A stretch of DNA of 64,000 nucleotides from Candidatus Latescibacterota bacterium. GTDB taxonomy: Bacteria; Latescibacterota; UBA2968. Below, piece by piece: positions 58,704 to 64,000 of this stretch; position 1 is the stretch's first letter, and each line of letters begins with the position of its first letter. The notes beneath the pieces were generated by a model. The model saw only the letters and a list, made by a program, of their open reading frames with translations, was not told where the DNA came from and did not search any database. The translations under genes were made by a program, and so were the position numbers. Location: contig OZ242320.1 in the NCBI GenBank assembly GCA_965208125.1, positions 3,264,001-3,328,000 on the forward strand, in the 5' to 3' direction.

Positions 58704-60146
58704 TCAGTACATATTGTCTTTGGTCGTGATGGAACACCAGCGTGAATTGAACAGGTTTTGGAACAGAATATCTCGTGCAGCAGGTGTGCCGATTTGTTTC
58801 AGTAGATATGCGGCGTAAAAGCGATTGTAGCGGTTTTCGTCTTCGAGCATTGTCGCCAGTGCTTCAATTGCAGTACTGCCTGATTCTCCGAATTTTGCGA
58901 GGGTGAGGGCTGCGTTGCGCCGCACGCGGTAGTCTTCATCGCTGAGTGCTTCTTTCAGATCAGAGCGTAGCTCTGAGGAGAAATCGCCGAGTGCGCCCAG
59001 CGCTTCGATTGCATTGCGGCGCACCCACCAGTGATTGTCTTTTATCGCGGTTCTCAAAGCGGGCGCAGATGCAATGGCGTCTGATCCCATACGTCCCAAT
59101 ACATTGGCAGCAACCGCTCGTATCCACCAGTGATCTTCTGATAATGTTTCTGTGAGGGCGGCGACTGCGGGTTCTCCTATGAATGAGAGGGATAGAGCCG
59201 CGCATCCACTCGTGGGATTTGTTCCATGGGCATTGTCCGGTGTTTTTGCTTCTGTTTCTTCAATTGTCGCGAGTGTTTCTTCTCGCATGGCGGCGATGAG
59301 TTCAGGTACGGCTTCTGCGCCAAACTCGGCGAGTTTATACGCCGCGTCCAATCGTTCACATTCCGATCCATTCTTTAAAATTGAAATCAAATTTTGCGAA
59401 TTGCCCTGTCGCCTGTTGCGTTCTTTCTGGGTGTTTCCGCACATCCAGTTCCATACGTCTTTTGATATGGCTGGATGCCGGTCTTCAATGCCCGGGGACC
59501 ACGCGCGGCTCTGGTGATTCCATGTGGGTTTTTGCGGTTCCCGTGTGCGCGCAAATTGGAATTTTAGCATGTATCGATTTTTGGTGCTTATATTTTCGGT
59601 TGCGCGGTGCCAGGAATCGAAGTGGATTAGAGCTACAGTGCCCGCAGGTCCACAAAATGCGCGGGCTTTTTCTTTTGTTTGTGCGGGATTTATATCGCTG
59701 ATGGTTTTGTATATTTGCCTGCCGGGCAATACGCCCGAAGGTCCCATATCCTCAGTTGTGTCCTGTGGGAAATAAAAAGCGAGCAGCCAGTAGAATCTCG
59801 GATGCCGCAAGTTGTGATCATATACATAACAGTCTTTATGCCAGCGCTGTCCGTTTCGTCCCGGAGGATTCAGGTGACAATGTCGGTGGGGGTTCAAGAT
59901 GTATCCCGGTCCGAGTAAGCTGGTGAGTGCCCCTTTTACGTTGGGGTGTTCAAACACCTGTCCGATCTGTGGTATCCGGGGCAAGATGTTATTACCGGGG
60001 TTGCCTTCTTTTTCAAAGACGGTCTCGATTTGATCGTGGATATTCGCATGAAATGAGGGCGGATAATCCGCGTGAACTGTCATGCATCCATCCACAATAA
60101 ATCGCTGTACTTCTTCATCATTCAATAACCGCATTGGATCAGCCAT
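58704..60146 (-). CDS. Phytanoyl-CoA dioxygenase (PhyH) domain fused to HEAT/PBS-lyase repeats
   Basis: WHKD and WHRA..N..R motifs; repeated (W/Y)(W/R)VRRNA..ALG helical units. Confidence 0.8.
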   Translation of the reverse strand: MADPMRLLNDEEVQRFIVDGCMTVHADYPPSFHANIHDQIETVFEKEGNPGNNILPRIPQIGQVFEHPNVKGALTSLLGPGYILNPHRHCHLNPPGRNGQRWHKDCYVYDHNLRHPRFYWLLAFYFPQDTTEDMGPSGVLPGRQIYKTISDINPAQTKEKARAFCGPAGTVALIHFDSWHRATENISTKNRYMLKFQFARTREPQKPTWNHQSRAWSPGIEDRHPAISKDVWNWMCGNTQKERNRRQGNSQNLISILKNGSECERLDAAYKLAEFGAEAVPELIAAMREETLATIEETEAKTPDNAHGTNPTSGCAALSLSFIGEPAVAALTETLSEDHWWIRAVAANVLGRMGSDAIASAPALRTAIKDNHWWVRRNAIEALGALGDFSSELRSDLKEALSDEDYRVRRNAALTLAKFGESGSTAIEALATMLEDENRYNRFYAAYLLKQIGTPAARDILFQNLFNSRWCSITTKDNMY

Positions 60147-60157
60147 GATGGGTCTCC

Positions 60158-61018
60158 TCAACTGAAAATTTCCACAAATTTCGCAACGCTCGCCCTGAAC
60201 CCGTCTTCATAAGTGCCGCCTTTGGGACGATAGACGCTTTCGTAAGAGATCGCGCCCGCATATCCATCGCGTTTGAGCGCGTTTGCAATGGGTTCCAGGT
60301 ATGGTCCCACATCGCCTTCGCCCAGGGGATAGAATCCTACGGTCGCACGCGCTATATCGGCTTTTGCGTCTTTGATGTGAATATGGCCGATGTAATCGCG
60401 AATTTCATTGTAGGCATCGGGGAAGGGGACGTCTGTACAATACATTGTGTTGGGAATGTCCCATAGGAGTTTGAGGTGGGAGCTACCCAATTCATCGATC
60501 AATTTTCGCGCCAGAAAGCCCGATGTTATCATGGCATTATTGCCCGTTTCAACGACGAGTGTCACGTCTTCTTCTTCGGCTATTTGGACGGGTACGGCCA
60601 TTAGTTTTACCAGTTTGTCCCATGCACCGGCCGTTACAATCCAATCTTCTGCGCCGTTGTACCCAAATAGTATCATTTCTTTTTTCCAACTCATAATTCT
60701 GACAATATTTGTTTCGAGGGTTTTGGCAAGGTCAATGCACCGCCGCAATCCCGATACATGATCCTCAAATACGGCATCTCCTATCTCGGTTTGCAATACG
60801 GGCAAGCCGCCAAAGTTGTGCCGCGAGATGCATGAGACTTCCATGTCGTGCTGATTGAGTAGTGTCTTCATGCGCGCCACTTGCCCGGCGTCGTGGTCCC
60901 CCACTTCTCGATCCCATACAAACTGGAGTTCTGGATATTTCAGTCCGTATTCCGCCATGACATTCAACGCGCGTTCAAAATTCCTGCTAATTCCATCCGT
61001 AATTACACCGAGTTTCAC
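60158..61018 (-). CDS. Sugar phosphate isomerase/epimerase
   Basis: LVVET, LWD.PN, HIHIKD and GY.GAISYE motifs. Confidence 0.85.
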   Translation of the reverse strand: MKLGVITDGISRNFERALNVMAEYGLKYPELQFVWDREVGDHDAGQVARMKTLLNQHDMEVSCISRHNFGGLPVLQTEIGDAVFEDHVSGLRRCIDLAKTLETNIVRIMSWKKEMILFGYNGAEDWIVTAGAWDKLVKLMAVPVQIAEEEDVTLVVETGNNAMITSGFLARKLIDELGSSHLKLLWDIPNTMYCTDVPFPDAYNEIRDYIGHIHIKDAKADIARATVGFYPLGEGDVGPYLEPIANALKRDGYAGAISYESVYRPKGGTYEDGFRASVAKFVEIFS

Positions 61019-61068
61019 AAGTAAGCTCCAAAATTAATGGTCAGCAGTTGATCCAACCAGCCTCCTTC

Positions 61069-61095
61069 TGGACTCCTGCTTGCGCAGGAGTGACG
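61069..61095. repeat. Palindromic intergenic repeat (GGATTCC..GGAATGAC-like family)
   Basis: TGGACTCCTGC-ttgc-GCAGGAGTGACG. Confidence 0.55.
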
Positions 61096-61115
61096 ATTGT
61101 CATTGCGGCATGTTT

Positions 61116-62012
61116 TTAGCCGCAATCCAGATCTCTTCTCACTTCAATATCCAGCATGTTTTCAAAAATTTTGATGATGGCCCAGTTCGCTTCTTCGGGG
61201 TTCACACTGATGCCCGCTTGAAACCACTCCGCAGCCGATGAGAGTGTGAACAGGGGGACGCCACATTCGCGTCCCAGTGTTTTTGCGATTCCGAGGTCCT
61301 TGTACATTGTGCCAATGCGGCTTTGGCCCGCGAAATTTCGTTCCATGATGTTTTGCGTTGTATCCCGAAACAAAAAGCTGCCGACCACACTGGTGTTGAT
61401 GACTTCGTACAGAGTTTCGGGTTTTACGCCGGCTTTTACGCCCAGTGATAGGGTTTCGAATATGCCCGCATAGGTTACGCCTGTCAAGACGGCCAGACAA
61501 GCTTTCACGGTTTGTCCGGCTCCGATCTCTTCGCCGACGTGGTAGATATTTTCTCCGACTGCGTTGAGAACTTCTGCTGCATCCTCAAAAACATCTCGCT
61601 GTGCCGCTACCATCATTGTCAGTGTGCCAGCCGCTGCGCCGGGTGCGCCACCGCTTACCGGGGCATCTATGACGCGAATATCTCTTTCTTTTACGCATTG
61701 CGCGATTTCGACTAATTCCGACCGCAAAATGGTTGCGGTACAGATAAATGTCGATCCCGGTTTCATGCTGTTCAACAGACCATTGTTTAAGATGGCTTTA
61801 ATTTGATCGCCGTTCATGACCATGACGAATACGAAGTCTGCGCGTTCACCCACTTCGCATACATTTTTGGCTGCATAAGCTCCTCGCTCGACAAATGGTT
61901 CCAATTGTTCGGGGCGCAAATCATATACGACAAGCTCATGTCCGTTCTTCAAGATATTCGCAGCCATCCCGCTGCCCATATCTCCGACACCGATCAACCC
62001 AACACGCGCCAT
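61116..62012 (-). CDS. NAD(P)-dependent beta-hydroxyacid dehydrogenase (3-hydroxyisobutyrate/L-threonate dehydrogenase-like)
   Basis: GLIGVGDMG, DAPVSGG, GAGQTVK and KDL motifs. Confidence 0.88.
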   Translation of the reverse strand: MARVGLIGVGDMGSGMAANILKNGHELVVYDLRPEQLEPFVERGAYAAKNVCEVGERADFVFVMVMNGDQIKAILNNGLLNSMKPGSTFICTATILRSELVEIAQCVKERDIRVIDAPVSGGAPGAAAGTLTMMVAAQRDVFEDAAEVLNAVGENIYHVGEEIGAGQTVKACLAVLTGVTYAGIFETLSLGVKAGVKPETLYEVINTSVVGSFLFRDTTQNIMERNFAGQSRIGTMYKDLGIAKTLGRECGVPLFTLSSAAEWFQAGISVNPEEANWAIIKIFENMLDIEVRRDLDCG

Positions 62013-62102
62013 GTTTTTTCCTTTCGCATCTAAATTTAGTTTGCTAATTAACAATAAACTACTAAACTCCATTGGTCAAACTTACACTACGGGAGGTTTT
62101 CA

Positions 62103-62981
62103 ATGAACAATATACATCTGAGATGGTGGGGGTGTGGTGCTTTTGACATTCTCTCGGGGGATGTCAATATCGCCATTGATCCATATCTTTTCGGTGATAA
62201 TCTAAAAAGTGCCGAACCTATTTACGACTACATTTTTATTAGTCACGAACATTTTGATCATTGTCACCCCAAAACCCTGACGAAATTGTGTCGGGGAGAT
62301 CGCTTCGAGAAACTCTTTGTCAATATCGGTTGTATGACGCCAAATGAACCTGTTGACGAAAATTATGGCGATGCGGCTTTTGCTCGGGATTTGCCCATTA
62401 GCAAGCATATACCCGAGGAAAAAATTCAGGTGCTCTACCCCAAATATCGCACCGATGACGTGCGCACTTTTCCCGGTCCCTTTTCGTGTGACCTGGGCGC
62501 TGTGCAGGTAGAGGCTGTTGAAAGTGGTGAAAATGCGCGGCCCGATTTACCCACCTGTGGTTACTTAATCACATATATCGAGAAAGATATTTCGTTCTAT
62601 CACACTGGGGATCTTCACGCGACCTATCCCGCGCTCGGCAATCTGAAGGGCCGTGTGGATTATCTCATACACATGAAAACGGGACTGAAGAATTGGCCTG
62701 TTTTTTCAAGTTTGATCGATCTCGTACAGCCTCGATTTTTGATCCCAACTCATTATCGAACAGATCGCAAAACCGATCCTATTCCCGAAGGACATTGGCC
62801 TCCCGATGTTACGGATGTGAATGCTTTTATCGAGAGTATTCGCGAGCACGCTGGCGACCGAACCCAAATTTTGCCTTTCACTGCTGGCGTCCAGTACGAG
62901 ATTGAATTGCCCGATAAAAAAGTTGTGTGGGCGTGGGATTGGCACAATACATGGACTGTGCCCCCGTGGCGAGAGGAATAG
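62103..62981 (+). CDS. MBL-fold metallo-hydrolase
   Basis: IDPY, SHEHFDH, HTGD and IPTHY motifs. Confidence 0.85.
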   Translation: MNNIHLRWWGCGAFDILSGDVNIAIDPYLFGDNLKSAEPIYDYIFISHEHFDHCHPKTLTKLCRGDRFEKLFVNIGCMTPNEPVDENYGDAAFARDLPISKHIPEEKIQVLYPKYRTDDVRTFPGPFSCDLGAVQVEAVESGENARPDLPTCGYLITYIEKDISFYHTGDLHATYPALGNLKGRVDYLIHMKTGLKNWPVFSSLIDLVQPRFLIPTHYRTDRKTDPIPEGHWPPDVTDVNAFIESIREHAGDRTQILPFTAGVQYEIELPDKKVVWAWDWHNTWTVPPWREE

Positions 62982-62991
62982 ATCTCCAGTT

Positions 62992-63756
62992 TTACACGCG
63001 ATCTTTCAACTGATATGCAATCGCGTAAAATGCCATTGAGTTACCCGTGCGATTTGGCTCGCTGCGATGCCAGGTATAATTTGAGAAGAAGAGGCCGTCA
63101 CCCGGTTTCATTTCGACCAGGACTTCATCGGAGTAATCGATCTGATTTAGGGGGATGCGGTGGCGCTTAAAGGGTTCATAGGTTTCTTCGCCATTCACAC
63201 GGGATTTTCTGTACATCGGCGGGTTGTCGAAATAAGATTCGTGTGGTACGAGTTCCCAGCCGATATGGCTGCGCGGCATGACCGATAATGCGATGGCGTT
63301 TTTTCCGACTTCCTGCATCGGGATCCAGCAGTTGCAACCCAATTCTGGATCGATTTTCCAATACCACGAATCCTGGTGAAAATAACTGCATCCACCCTGC
63401 TCGGTGTCAATCCATCCGTGTTTAACCCCTATCTGATCTGTGAAGAGTTCCACATCGCCGCCCAAAACCGCCGCCATTGCATTTGCCATGTTGCTGTGTT
63501 CTGCGACCGTGGCAAATACCTCTTCTTCCAGGCCCGGACGTTGAATGCCCTTGGGTACTGGATCGCCAGATGCGGCGCGATATATTTCGGGATTGAGGAC
63601 TTGAAATCTACCCTTTTTCCAATCTGGCGGATGATCTACTATTTCCCGCACTCGCGCCCAGGCGTTCGCCATGAGTTCGGCGGGGATCAATCCCTCCACA
63701 TGGCAGTATCCTTCTTTTCGATACTGCTGGATATGTTGTTCGGTGACTGTGCTCAT
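62992..63756 (-). CDS. Phytanoyl-CoA dioxygenase family protein
   Basis: HQD, P.SH and GD.LFF..YTWHRS.PN motifs. Confidence 0.88.
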   Translation of the reverse strand: MSTVTEQHIQQYRKEGYCHVEGLIPAELMANAWARVREIVDHPPDWKKGRFQVLNPEIYRAASGDPVPKGIQRPGLEEEVFATVAEHSNMANAMAAVLGGDVELFTDQIGVKHGWIDTEQGGCSYFHQDSWYWKIDPELGCNCWIPMQEVGKNAIALSVMPRSHIGWELVPHESYFDNPPMYRKSRVNGEETYEPFKRHRIPLNQIDYSDEVLVEMKPGDGLFFSNYTWHRSEPNRTGNSMAFYAIAYQLKDRV

Positions 63757-63767
63757 CGTTTTTCCTT

Positions 63768-64000
63768 TTAATCGCTTATCCAGTGTCGGAACAGGGGTTT
63801 TGCATTTTCTGGCAATTCCTCGTAAACCTGGCGGGGTACTGGTTCCTGGTCGTTATCGGTCAAGCCGGTTTCATCCACCATCATTTTGCGCTCTTCAGAT
63901 CCCGGCATCAACACGCGCGTGTTCAACCACCAGGGGGCATAGCGAACGACAACGGATACCCGGTCCTCTTGCGATTGATTGGGGGCGGTTGCGTGCCATA
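63768..64000 (-). CDS. C-terminal fragment of another PhyH-family dioxygenase, 5' end off the window
   Basis: Manual translation WHATAPNQSQEDRVSVVVRYAPWWLN...FRHWISD*. Confidence 0.7.
   Translation of the reverse strand, partial: WHATAPNQSQEDRVSVVVRYAPWWLNTRVLMPGSEERKMMVDETGLTDNDQEPVPRQVYEELPENAKPLFRHWISD

Overview
Bacterial genomic window. Its gene content (several sulfatases, Gfo/Idh/MocA and PhyH enzymes, eukaryote-like WD40/YWTD/HEAT repeat proteins, and a recurrent 'DFDGDGxVxFxDFLLF' EF-hand/dockerin-like tag) resembles marine sponge-symbiont Latescibacterota/Gemmatimonadota/Poribacteria-type genomes; this is inference. Both flanks (1-7.7 kb, 46.4-64 kb) encode ordinary carbohydrate/sulfate catabolic enzymes. 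The centre is one co-directional + strand run (7802-46315) of envelope and secreted proteins. It holds two membrane-anchored CutA-like proteins, a frameshifted alpha-2-macroglobulin with pbpC, and a PrsK/PrsR-like sigma54 two-component system with a clear -24/-12 promoter and candidate enhancer driving a lipid-modification operon. An AT-richer island follows (about 25.4-46.3 kb), headed by an attenuator-like structured leader. The island encodes a PorV-like barrel, small paralogous exported proteins and four secreted metzincin-WD40-LRR-EF-hand proteins, the three long ones also carrying a Big-1 Ig domain. In these, blade number is fixed (7 or 7+14) while blades appear overwritten by copies of their neighbours and vary at the propeller surface. 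This candidate diversifying receptor-protease repertoire is the best candidate for an undescribed system.
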